Source of the DNA: Bryobacterales bacterium
Lineage (GTDB): Bacteria; Acidobacteriota; Terriglobia; Bryobacterales; UBA6623
Assembly (NCBI GenBank): GCA_965207035.1
Contig: OZ242259.1
Span: 668,502 to 732,501, forward strand
Length of the DNA stretch: 64,000 bases
Direction: 5' to 3'
Shown one piece after another: positions 48,479 to 57,555 of the stretch; position 1 is the stretch's first letter, and each line of letters starts with the position of its first letter. The position numbers were made by a program, and so were the translations under genes. Under the pieces are notes generated by a model, which was not told the DNA's origin, made no database searches, and was given only the letters and a program-made list of their open reading frames with translations.

Positions 48479-48722
48479 CTGGTGGCGTGCGACTGCATTG
48501 AATGCTTTCGGTCATGCCCGCCGAGATCGTAGCGCACGCCGTGTCCGTCGCGGTCCGAACAGCTTCCTCTTGGGTTGTTCCCGATGCCGTGGCGCAATTT
48601 GTCCGACCCTTGTATTCCATGCAGACTTCGCATGTGAACTGGTTGAGGCCCAAGGTCGAATACACCAGGGCACCGATCACTAGGGCGATAAAAACAATTG
48701 CCGCCAAGATAGGTTTCGACAT
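48459..48722 (-). CDS. Small membrane-anchored Cys-rich hypothetical protein
   Basis: MSKPILAAIVFIALVIGALVYST TM helix followed by CEVC...C...C...C; TACAAT 10 nt upstream. Confidence 0.72.
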   Translation of the reverse strand: MSKPILAAIVFIALVIGALVYSTLGLNQFTCEVCMEYKGRTNCATASGTTQEEAVRTATDTACATISAGMTESIQCSRTPPVSVTWQ

Positions 48723-48834
48723 CTTCCAGCTCATTGTACAGGCGACGTTCGAGGTGAGATCTTGTGCTCGGCGCCAACGTTGTCGCGCCGAATAGCTTCT
48801 GGCGCATCTGGAATGCACATGAGAGCTGCGCTGG

Positions 48835-51075
48835 CAGGGCTATTTTATTGTCCGTGGTTGAGGAGGCGCACAGCCGTGGGTGAGGGGCTGAGCGGGCTTT
48901 CCTGCTAGACGCTGCGATTCTCGGTTCCTCGCAGTCCGGTCCGCAGGGGCTGGACATTTTGTTGTCGATCTGTCACTCTGGGTCCGATGGGGCCGTTGCC
49001 GACCCAGCGCCGCGCTGTGGACGTGCGCGCGGTCACCGTGCGCCCGACCTTCGGCGCCCAGGAACACCGTCACTGGGACCGGCTGGTCGCGGCCCATCAC
49101 TACCTGGGGTTTGGGGGCCTGTTCGGCAAGGGCTTGCGGCAGGTGGCGACGCTGGGCTCGACGTGGGTCGCGCTGGTGGGCTGGCAGGCGGCCGCGCTCA
49201 AGCTCACGGCCCGTGACCGCTGGATCGGCTGGACCCTGGAGCAGCAGTTGCAGCGCCTGCATCTGGTGGCCCAGAACTCCCGCTTTGTGATCCTGCCGGA
49301 CTACCAGGGGGTACCCAATCTGGCCTCGCGGGTGCTGGGGCTGAGCCTGCGGCGGTTGAGCGGCGACATGCAACGCGAGCACGGATTTCCGATCTTGCTG
49401 GCGGAGTCATTCGTGGACCGGGCACTCTTCGCTGGGACCTGCTATCGGGCGGCGAACTGGCGCTCGCTGGGGTTCACCGGCGGCTACGCACGCCAGCCGG
49501 CCGCGGTGCCGGAGTGGCGCCATCACGGCCAGCCCAAGGAGGTGCTTGTGTACGAATTGGAAGCGCATGCGAGGGCGGCCTTGGGCCAGCCCGAGGAGGA
49601 TCCGGCCTGGCAGGGCCCGGCGCGGACCGCGCCGCCGTCCGCGCCGCAGTTGCGCAGCATGTTCGAGTGCCTGGGCGAGGTGCCGGACTACCGTTGCGCG
49701 CGGGGCCAGCGTTACCGCCTGCGCACGGTGCTGGTGCTGGCCATGGCGGCGCGGCTGGCCGGCTACCGCGGGGTGACCGCGTTCGCCCAGTTCGCGGCCC
49801 TGCTGGACCCGGCGCAGCGCCAGGCGGTGGGCTGTTTCTACAGTCCCAGCCGGCAGCGCTACACGACCCCGTCGATCACCACGTTCCACAACATCCTGGC
49901 CACCCTGCCGCCGGAGACGCTGGAGCAGGCGGTGGCGGCTTGGACCTGGCAGCAGAACGGGCAAGTCCCGCCGGATGAGGAGGATAGCGGCTCGCAGGAA
50001 ACGGCCGGGAGGGTCCCCGGGGAAGACGCCCGGCCCACGCTCCTGGCGGGTATCGCGATGGACGGGAAGGATGTCCGCGGGGCCTCGAAGCAGACGCCGG
50101 ACGGCCGCCGCATGCTGGTCGCGGCCGTGGAGCACTCCCCCACGCGGGTGCTGGGACAGGTCGCGGTCGCCTCCAAGACCAACGAGATCCCGGCGGTGCG
50201 CGAACTGGCCGCGGGGTTGGACCTGGCCGGATGCGCCGTCACCCTCGACGCGCTGCACGCGCAGCAGGAGACGGCGCGCAGCCTGCTCGAGGACTGCGCT
50301 GCCGACTACCTGATCACCAGCATCAAGGACAACCAGCCAACGATCCTGGACGACCTCCAGCACATGCTGTTCCCGGACGCTCCCGACCACGAGACCCTCG
50401 ACAAGGAGCACGGCCGCATCGAGCGCCGCCGCTACTGGGTGAAGGATCTCAGCGACCCGGACTGGGACGGCTATGCCGACCTGTACGGCCGCCAGCAGGC
50501 CATCCGCATCGAGCGCGAGCGGCAGGTGGTCAAGACCGGAGAGACCAGCACCGCAGTGAGCTACGCGCTGACCTCGCTGACGGCGGAGCAGGCCACGCCC
50601 GCGCAGCTGGCGGCGCTGATCCGCAACCACTGGCACATTGAGAACCGCCTGCACTACGTGCGGGACTTCACCTACGACGAGGACCGCTGCCGGGTGTGGG
50701 TGCGCGACCTGCCGCGCAATCTGGCCTGCCTGACCAACGCGGCGATCTCGATCATCCGCTGCCAGCCCGAGTTCCGCTGGGTGCCGGAGGCCAACCGCCA
50801 TTACGCGGGCCGTCCGCAGGAGGCGCTGGACCTGCTGCTGGCCCCGCCCCGGAGCTAGCCTGGCCGGCGCGCTGGCCAGCGCGCCGTGTTCCGCCGGACC
50901 CGGCGGAGCCGTACCGCTGTGTCCGCGCTTGCGATCCAGCCGTCGCAGCCGCCCGAGGCGCCTGCCCGAGCCCCTCGTGGCTGGCCGTCGGGGCCGTGTC
51001 CAGCGACTGCACAGGACGTGGAAGCAGGCATCAACCTCTCTGAGACCGCCTCAACAGGACAAAAAAATGTGCCTG
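48835..51075 (+). mobile_element. ISAs1-family insertion sequence, copy 1 (2241 bp)
   Basis: Imperfect terminal IRs CAGGGCTATTTTATTGTCC / CAGGCACATTTTTTTGTCC; 10-bp target duplication GCTGCGCTGG at 48825-48834 and 51076-51085. Confidence 0.95.
48987..50858 (+). CDS. ISAs1-family transposase with N-terminal DUF4338 (DruA-like) domain
   Basis: N-term: HHYLG, NSRFVILP, PNLASRVL, ESFVD, GTCYRAANW; C-term ISAs1 DDE: IAMDGK, TLDALHAQ, KDNQP, HGRIERR, HWHIENRLHYVRD. Confidence 0.92.
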   Translation: MGPLPTQRRAVDVRAVTVRPTFGAQEHRHWDRLVAAHHYLGFGGLFGKGLRQVATLGSTWVALVGWQAAALKLTARDRWIGWTLEQQLQRLHLVAQNSRFVILPDYQGVPNLASRVLGLSLRRLSGDMQREHGFPILLAESFVDRALFAGTCYRAANWRSLGFTGGYARQPAAVPEWRHHGQPKEVLVYELEAHARAALGQPEEDPAWQGPARTAPPSAPQLRSMFECLGEVPDYRCARGQRYRLRTVLVLAMAARLAGYRGVTAFAQFAALLDPAQRQAVGCFYSPSRQRYTTPSITTFHNILATLPPETLEQAVAAWTWQQNGQVPPDEEDSGSQETAGRVPGEDARPTLLAGIAMDGKDVRGASKQTPDGRRMLVAAVEHSPTRVLGQVAVASKTNEIPAVRELAAGLDLAGCAVTLDALHAQQETARSLLEDCAADYLITSIKDNQPTILDDLQHMLFPDAPDHETLDKEHGRIERRRYWVKDLSDPDWDGYADLYGRQQAIRIERERQVVKTGETSTAVSYALTSLTAEQATPAQLAALIRNHWHIENRLHYVRDFTYDEDRCRVWVRDLPRNLACLTNAAISIIRCQPEFRWVPEANRHYAGRPQEALDLLLAPPRS

Positions 51076-51121
51076 GCTGCGCTGGCAGCGGTCGTGAACC
51101 GGGTGGCTGTACCATGGATGG

Positions 51122-51619
51122 ATGGCGGCATTACTGCAGGGTTCAAGAGCGCCCGATTTCGCGTTGCCGGATGCCGATGGCACGCAGTTCCGCCTCTCAT
51201 CCGCGCTGCGGTCCGGCCCCGTGCTAGTGACCTTCTACAAGACGGACTGCCCAACCTGTCAGTACGGGCTTCCGTTCTTGGACCGGCTTGCCGGCGGGTT
51301 TGACGGCAGTGGCGCGACGGCTGTCGCTGTGTCTCAGGACACGCCCTTCGAATCTGAGCGTTTTTCCGCTGAGTACGGATTCTCGACCCGCCAAGTCTTT
51401 GACGCGGAGGATTCGGGGTTTCCTGTTTCCGACGCGTACGGGCTCACCAATGTGCCGTCGACGTTTCTCATTGCACAGGACGGACGAATCGCGCACACCA
51501 TGGTGAGCTGGTCCAAGGCGGACGTAGAGGAGATCGCCCGCAAGTTGAATCTCAGTCCGCCGTTCGAGCCAGGGGAGGACGTGCTCCCGTTCCGGCCTGG
51601 TTGAGGGTCACGCAACTAG
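51122..51619 (+). CDS. AhpC/TSA (TlpA-like) redoxin, probable selenoprotein with near-terminal Sec (…FRPG-U-GSRN*)
   Basis: APDFALPD, CPTC active site, YGLTNVPSTFLI; TGA 51602-51604 followed in frame by GGG TCA CGC AAC TAG and a SECIS-like hairpin. The ORF is certain; Sec readthrough is inferred. Confidence 0.82.
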
Positions 51620-51634
51620 CTCCGGTCCGGAGCT
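51605..51634 (+). promoter_or_regulatory. Putative SECIS element
   Basis: agctcc-GGTCC-ggagct hairpin (51618-51634); GGUCC starts at nt 23 from the U of UGA, within 1 nt of the fdh SECIS geometry in this window. Confidence 0.72.
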
Positions 51635-52057
51635 TCCTCTTCAGTTTGAACGTCGTGTCCGGGTAGGCCCGAAGGGTTCTCGTGCACGCGCTCCCTGCGA
51701 CCGTGCCCGAGCGCGGATGCCAAGCCGACCGACGACTCTCCGAAACGGTTCCGGAGATCATCCACCGCCCGGAGAGCACGAGACCATTTTTCTGCGCCAT
51801 CGGAGTCGAAAAGGCCCACTTGGTGCTGTGGGCTGCCTTGTAGCGAGCCTGCGTGCACGCCAAGCAATCGGATCGCTCGGTTCGGCTTGTGATGTTGATT
51901 GTAGAGAAACCGAACCGTGCTCAGTATCACTCCGTCAATTTGGGTCGCCTCGGACAATGTCTTGGAACGGGTCTGCGTGACGAAGTCCTGGTCACGGATC
52001 TTGACCTGAATCGTCTTCGCCCACAGGTGGTGTTCGCGGAGGCGTCTCGCCACTAGC

Positions 52058-54017
52058 CCTAACTTACCCGCCCAGAAAATAGACGGTAGGGCCTAACAGC
52101 TGTTGAAGCAACTGCTTAGCGTCGGATCTGGCAATTTTGTGTACCCATGTAATTGGATTGTTGACTTCCTGTATCACAATTCGATAGGGTTTGTTTAGTA
52201 GCCATGTACATCGAGTCCGTCCCCAACCGCAACTCGCCCCCGGCCATCCTCCTCCGCGAGTCCTTCCGCGTCGGCTCCAAAGTCCGCAAGCGCACCATCC
52301 TCAACCTCTCCAAGTGGCCCCCGGACCTCGTCGAGGGCCTCCGCACTCTGCTCAAGGGCGGCACTGCCGTCGCCAACCTTCAGGACTATTTCGCCATCGT
52401 CCGCTCCCGCCCCCACGGCCATGTCGCCGCCGTCCTCGGCTCCCTCCGCTCTCTCGGCCTCGACTCCCTCATCGATCCCAACCCCTCCCGCTCCCGCTCC
52501 CTCGCCATGGCCCTCGTCGTCTCGCGCATCCTCCAGCCGCGCTCCAAGCTGGCCACCTCCCGCTGCCTCGACCCCGCCTCCCTGGCCCACTCCCTCGGCG
52601 ACGAACTCCAGCTCGGCCACCCCGATGCCGACGACCTCTATGCCGCCATGGACTGGCTCCTGCCCCGCCAGCACGCCATCGAGCAGGCCCTCGCCAAACG
52701 CCATCTCAGCGACGCCTCCCTCGTCCTCGCCGACGTCACCTCCACCTACCTCGAGGGCTCCCACTGCCCCCTCGCCGCCCGCGGCCATTCCCGCGACGGC
52801 AAGCGCGGCAAGCTCCAGATCGTCTTCTCCCTGCTGTGCAACCGTGACGGCTGCCCCGTCGCCGTCCAGGTCTTCCCCGGCAACACCGCCGATCCCGCCA
52901 CCGTCGGCCCCCAGCTCGACACCCTGCGGCGCCGCTTCGGCCTCGCCCGCCTGGTGGTCGTCGGCGATCGCGGCCTGCTCACCGAGGCCCGCATCCGCGA
53001 CGAACTGCGCCCCGCCGGCCTCGACTGGATCTCCGCCTTGCGCGCCCCCGCCATCCGCGATCTCGCCCGCCAGGGCGCCTTCCAAATGTCCCTCTTCGAC
53101 CACCAGGACCTCGCCGCAATCACTTCCCCGGACTATCCCGGCGAGCGTCTGCTGCTGTGCCGCAACCCCCTGCTGGCCGCCAAGCGCGCCCGCCAGCGCG
53201 AGGCCCTGCTGCAAGCCACCGAGAAACTGCTCGACCCGATCGTCGCCGCCACCCAGCGCACCCAGCGGCCCCTGCGCCGCGCCGCCAGCATCGGCCTCCG
53301 GGTCGGCAAGGTCGTCTCCAAGTTCAAGGTGCGCAAGCATTTCGAACTGACCATCGAGGAGGGCCACTTCGGCTACCGCCGCAACCAAGCCGGCATCGAC
53401 GCCGAGGCGGCCCTGGACGGCCTCTACGTGGTCCGCACCAGCGTGGCGGCCGAGGAGCTCGGGCCGGCCGATGCCGTGCGCACCTACAAGAGCCTCAGCG
53501 CCGTCGAGCGCGCCTTCCGCAGCTTCAAGACGGTGGACCTGAAGGTCCGCCCGATCTACCACTACCTCGAAGACCGCGTGCGCGCCCACGTGCTCGTCTG
53601 CATGCTGGCTTACTACGTCGAGTGGCACATGCAGCGGCGGCTCGCCCCGCTGCTGTTCAAGGACGCCGATCCGGACGCGGCGCAAGCCGCGCGGAAGTCG
53701 GTGGTGCAGCCCGCGCAAGTCTCGCCGGAGGCCCGCGCCAAGGCACGCACCCAGCGCACTGCCGCCGGCGAACCGGTCCATAGCTTCCCAACCCTGCTGG
53801 CCGACCTGGCGACGATTGTCAAGAATCGCATCCAGCCCCATGGCGGAGGCAAACCGTTCGACATGCTCACGCGACCGACGGAATTGCAGCGCAAGGCGCT
53901 CGAACTGCTCGGAGTCAGCCTGACCTGTACCCAGTAAATCTCCAGCTGCGAAATCCTAAATCGCTGAAACTACGAGAGAAACCAAGAGCCCGACTATTTT
54001 CTGGAGGGTAAGTTAGG
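52058..54017 (+). mobile_element. IS1634-family insertion sequence (1960 bp)
   Basis: Terminal IRs CCTAACTTACCCGCCCAGAAAATAG / CCTAACTTACCCTCCAGAAAATAG; 6-bp target duplication ACTAGC at 52052-52057 and 54018-54023. Confidence 0.93.
52204..53937 (+). CDS. IS1634-family transposase
   Basis: MYIESVPNRNSPPAILLRES, DVTSTYLEG, GHSRDGK, FPGNTAD, VGDRG, DGLYVVRT, YKSLSAVERAFRSFK, RPIYH, RVRAHV. Confidence 0.93.
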   Translation: MYIESVPNRNSPPAILLRESFRVGSKVRKRTILNLSKWPPDLVEGLRTLLKGGTAVANLQDYFAIVRSRPHGHVAAVLGSLRSLGLDSLIDPNPSRSRSLAMALVVSRILQPRSKLATSRCLDPASLAHSLGDELQLGHPDADDLYAAMDWLLPRQHAIEQALAKRHLSDASLVLADVTSTYLEGSHCPLAARGHSRDGKRGKLQIVFSLLCNRDGCPVAVQVFPGNTADPATVGPQLDTLRRRFGLARLVVVGDRGLLTEARIRDELRPAGLDWISALRAPAIRDLARQGAFQMSLFDHQDLAAITSPDYPGERLLLCRNPLLAAKRARQREALLQATEKLLDPIVAATQRTQRPLRRAASIGLRVGKVVSKFKVRKHFELTIEEGHFGYRRNQAGIDAEAALDGLYVVRTSVAAEELGPADAVRTYKSLSAVERAFRSFKTVDLKVRPIYHYLEDRVRAHVLVCMLAYYVEWHMQRRLAPLLFKDADPDAAQAARKSVVQPAQVSPEARAKARTQRTAAGEPVHSFPTLLADLATIVKNRIQPHGGGKPFDMLTRPTELQRKALELLGVSLTCTQ

Positions 54018-54858
54018 ACTAGCTGGGATAACTTCGCCAGGGTGGCATCGATTAGTACCGGGTCGCGGGAGTCCACCGGGAATGTAGTTTCGTGGCTGAT
54101 TGACTTCGGGCTCGTGTTCTCAGAGACTCCCGGGGAAAACCAGGCTCCGGCATCACGTCCGAGCGACTTGCCCGCGAGGGCAACCCCTGCACGGCCGAAG
54201 TTTCGTTCGAGGAATGCCTCCCCGCGCTCCGCCGCTTGTCCGATCGTCTCGATCCCCGCCTTCCTCAATCTGGCTTGCATCACTTTCCCTACACCCGGAA
54301 TCCGGCCGATGTCCAGAGGGGCAAGAAACGCCGCCTCGGATCCTGGTTCTACGAAGAGCACTCCGTTGGGCTTGGCGAATCCCGAGCCGATCTTTGCCAT
54401 GAGGCGGGAAGTTCCGATTCCGATCGAGCAGGGCAGGGAGGTATCGCTGCGAACAGCTTCGTGCAGGGCATGGGCTGCCCGCAGTGGCGGTCCCAGCAAT
54501 CTCTGAGTCCCTGTGAGGTCGAGATAGGCTTCATCGATCGATGCCATCTCGACGCGCGGCGAGAAGCGGTCTAGCGTGTTCCGGATGCGACGCGAGTAAT
54601 GCAGGTACTTGTGCGGATTCCCCTCCAGGAAGATTGCCTGCGGACAGCGCCGGTACGCTTCTCGCAATGGCATCGCAGACCGCACGCCGAACTTGCGAGC
54701 GGCATACGAAGCAGCCGCCACGACGCCGCGTTCGCCGGGCTTTCCACCAACAACGACCGGCTTTTCCTTCAGGGATGGATCCGCAAGTTCTTCAACGGAG
54801 ACGAAGAAAGCGTCCATGTCAAGATGGAACACCACACGCTTCCTTTCGGTAGAGTCCA

Positions 54859-55467
54859 TCATCGTCGGCTGACGAAGTCATTGTGAGCGATAAAAAAGCG
54901 AAGGTCAAGCTCCCGGGATCTTGAGATGCCAATCCGTTTCGATCGCCGTACCTCGATTCGCTGGGCACGGTTGAAGAGGCGCACTGTCAATGGACCCATG
55001 AGTAAGTCGGTGCCGTAGAGGCCCATCTGGATCGCCATGGCGGCAGTCAGCTTTGCAGGGCCGCTGGCAATATCCTCAACCTTGCGCGCGGTTGCTCGGC
55101 GCTGCCTCATTGCCTCGATTCCGCACAAGGGTTCCAGAGCGCGGATCAGCACGCAGCCGGGTTGGCCGTCGGGCTCGGCTACAACGTTAAGGCAGTGATG
55201 CAGCCCGTAGATCCTGTAGACGTATGCGTGCCCGGGCGGTCCATAGATTACTTGGGTTCGAGGTGTCCGGCCAGCAGCGCTATGGGCGGCATGGTCAGCT
55301 TGGCCCAGATATGCCTCGGTCTCTACGATTCGTCCAGCTGCAAGGCCTTCATCCGTACGGTTGATCAGGACGGCACCCAGAAGATCCTTCGCTACCTCGA
55401 CCGTGGGACGGGCGTAGAAGGCCCGCACGGGCAAGTGGGTCGACAGCTTGAGTTCGTGAGCATTCAC
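54859..55467 (-). CDS. mpg: 3-methyladenine DNA glycosylase (Mpg/AAG family)
   Basis: VAKDLLG, GRIVETEAYLG, AYVYRIYGLHHCLNVV, VLIRALEP, SGPAKL, RIGIS; ATGATGA overlap with dinB. Confidence 0.93.
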   Translation of the reverse strand: MNAHELKLSTHLPVRAFYARPTVEVAKDLLGAVLINRTDEGLAAGRIVETEAYLGQADHAAHSAAGRTPRTQVIYGPPGHAYVYRIYGLHHCLNVVAEPDGQPGCVLIRALEPLCGIEAMRQRRATARKVEDIASGPAKLTAAMAIQMGLYGTDLLMGPLTVRLFNRAQRIEVRRSKRIGISRSRELDLRFFIAHNDFVSRR

Positions 55468-55503
55468 GGATTCCCACCCCCCCCCCGCGGTACGGCGGTC
55501 TCC

Positions 55504-57555
55504 TCAAGCGGCCAGACCCAGACGCCTGAGCAGGGCCTCCGGATCAGGGTCCCTTCCCATGAACGCCCGAAAAAGTTCTTCGGGCTCCGCGCTGTTCCCC
55601 CGCGCAAGAACGTTCTCGCGGAATGCGGTTCCTACTTCTTTGCTGAAGATCCCTTCGCTAGCGAACCGGGTGAACGCGTCGGCGTCAAGCATCTCGGACC
55701 ACTTGTACGAGTAGTAACCCGCCCCGTACCCGACAGGACTGGCGAAAAGGTGCGTGAATCCAGCGATCATCGAGTAGTCGGATGGCAGTTTGACGGGCGA
55801 GTGCTCCTGCAGGATTGCGCGCGAGAGCGAGATGACGTCGCAGCCAGGCTCGGACACACCGGAAGTCCCGGACTCCTCGCGTTCCAGGCCGGTCCTCCGG
55901 TGCAGCGTTAGGTCGAGCGTCGCAAAGCCGACTTGGCGCATCTGGGCGTTGGCACTGCGGAAGTTCTTCGCCTGCCTCATCTTGCTGAAGAGATCTTCCG
56001 GAATTGGAGCGCCGGTCTCGTGGTGCCGAGCGAACAGGTCCAGGGCATCCCGTTCCCAGCACCAGTTCTCCATGATTTGCGACGGCAACTCGACCCAGTC
56101 CCAAGCCACGCTCGTTCCCGACAGGCTCTTGACCTCCACTCGGCTGAGCATGTGGTGGAGCAGGTGTCCGAACTCGTGAAAGATGGTTTCGACCTCTCGG
56201 TGGGTTAGGAGCGAAGGGCGCTCCGAAGTGGGTGGGGTAAGATTGCCGCAGTTCAGCCCTAGGTGCGGGGAGAATCCGTTTGCGGTAGGCTCGCCCGTGA
56301 TTAGTGAGTCCATCCATGCGCCGCCGCGCTTGTTTTCGCGCGGGAAGTAGTCGACGTAGAACGATCCAAGACGGCTTCCGTCGCCATCGTCGATATCGTA
56401 CGCATCGACGGACTCGTCCCAAACCTGGGCTCCTTTCCGCTTCCGAATGCGGATCCCGAACAGGCGCTGGGCAATCTCAAATAGCCCGCCCAGCACACCT
56501 GCATAAGGGAAGTAAGGGCGCAAATCTTCCTCGTCGAAGTCGTATCTATCCCTGCGCAGCTTCTCCGCCTGGTAGGCGACATCCCAAGGCTGCAATCCCC
56601 CCCCGGAGAAGGCATTGAGCTCTTCGTTCTCACGGTCAAATGCAGCTTTGGTGCGACGCCTGAGATCGTTCACGAATCGCCAGGCATTTGCGCCCGCCTT
56701 GGCCATCCGGTCTTCGAGGACGAGATCCGCGAAATCCTCGTATCCGAGCAACTGCGCCTTTTCCCCGCGCAGGGCAAGAATTCGGCGGATGACGTCGCGG
56801 TTATCGAATTCTCCCTCCGCTGCTCGCGTATTGAAGGCCCGGTACATCCTCTCCCGGACTGATGGATCGTCCAGATAGGTCATGACCGCGAGGTAGCTTG
56901 GAGCCTGTAGGGTAAAACGCCAGCCCTCGCGGGCCTTGGAGCTAGCACTGTCGCGAGCGGCTGCGATCGCGCTGGGCGGTAGCCCGGCTAGGCCCTCCTC
57001 GGTCTCGATGTAGAGTTCGAACGCATTGGTGGCGTCCAGAACGTTCTCGGCGAACCTGGTGGTGACCTGCGCAAGTTCGACATCGATCTCTAGCTGCCGC
57101 TGCTTGTCGAGGTCTCCGAGTTCAGCTCCGCTGCGCCTGAAATCGTCAATGGTCTTCTCCAGGAAGCGCCGTTGCGTCGGCCTGAGGCAGGCTGCCTCGT
57201 CGGTATCCGCGAACGCTCGAACGCGCGTCCAGACGCCTTCGTTGATGGGAATGCTGGAGAAGAAAGCGCTCACCTTTGGCTGCACCTTGTTGAAGGCAGC
57301 GCGCAATTCGGGGTACGTCGCTACACTCTCGAGATGACCGACTACCCCCATTGCGTAGCCGAGCTTCTCGCCTAGAGCTTCCAATGCTGCCAGGGTGTTG
57401 GCGTAGCTAGGCGTCTCCCGACTGGCGATCAGGGAATCTAGAGAGGCTTGCGCTTCCGAGATCAATTGATCGATAGCGGGTTCGACATGCTCGGCACGGA
57501 TGGTTTCGAACGGAACGTCAAACCGGATGGCGGTCAACGGATTCACTACGGGCAT
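55504..57555 (-). CDS. prlC: M3 family oligopeptidase A
   Basis: KRGGAWM, TIFHEFGHLLHH zinc motif, VELPSQIMENW, FTHLF, YGAGYYSYKWSE, FRAFMGRDP. Confidence 0.93.
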   Translation of the reverse strand: MPVVNPLTAIRFDVPFETIRAEHVEPAIDQLISEAQASLDSLIASRETPSYANTLAALEALGEKLGYAMGVVGHLESVATYPELRAAFNKVQPKVSAFFSSIPINEGVWTRVRAFADTDEAACLRPTQRRFLEKTIDDFRRSGAELGDLDKQRQLEIDVELAQVTTRFAENVLDATNAFELYIETEEGLAGLPPSAIAAARDSASSKAREGWRFTLQAPSYLAVMTYLDDPSVRERMYRAFNTRAAEGEFDNRDVIRRILALRGEKAQLLGYEDFADLVLEDRMAKAGANAWRFVNDLRRRTKAAFDRENEELNAFSGGGLQPWDVAYQAEKLRRDRYDFDEEDLRPYFPYAGVLGGLFEIAQRLFGIRIRKRKGAQVWDESVDAYDIDDGDGSRLGSFYVDYFPRENKRGGAWMDSLITGEPTANGFSPHLGLNCGNLTPPTSERPSLLTHREVETIFHEFGHLLHHMLSRVEVKSLSGTSVAWDWVELPSQIMENWCWERDALDLFARHHETGAPIPEDLFSKMRQAKNFRSANAQMRQVGFATLDLTLHRRTGLEREESGTSGVSEPGCDVISLSRAILQEHSPVKLPSDYSMIAGFTHLFASPVGYGAGYYSYKWSEMLDADAFTRFASEGIFSKEVGTAFRENVLARGNSAEPEELFRAFMGRDPDPEALLRRLGLAA

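Larger units (their letters stand above)
51616..54862 (-). pseudogene. dinB: DNA polymerase IV interrupted by an IS1634-family element
   Basis: 5' part (54862-54018): HLDMDAFFVSVE, VAAASYAAR, SIDEAYLD, KPNG, IPGVG, KSISHETTF; 3' part (52051-51616): little finger ARRLR...VKIR...TRSKTL...IRLLGV. Removing the IS and one TSD restores the frame (…SQLVARRLR…). Confidence 0.95.
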
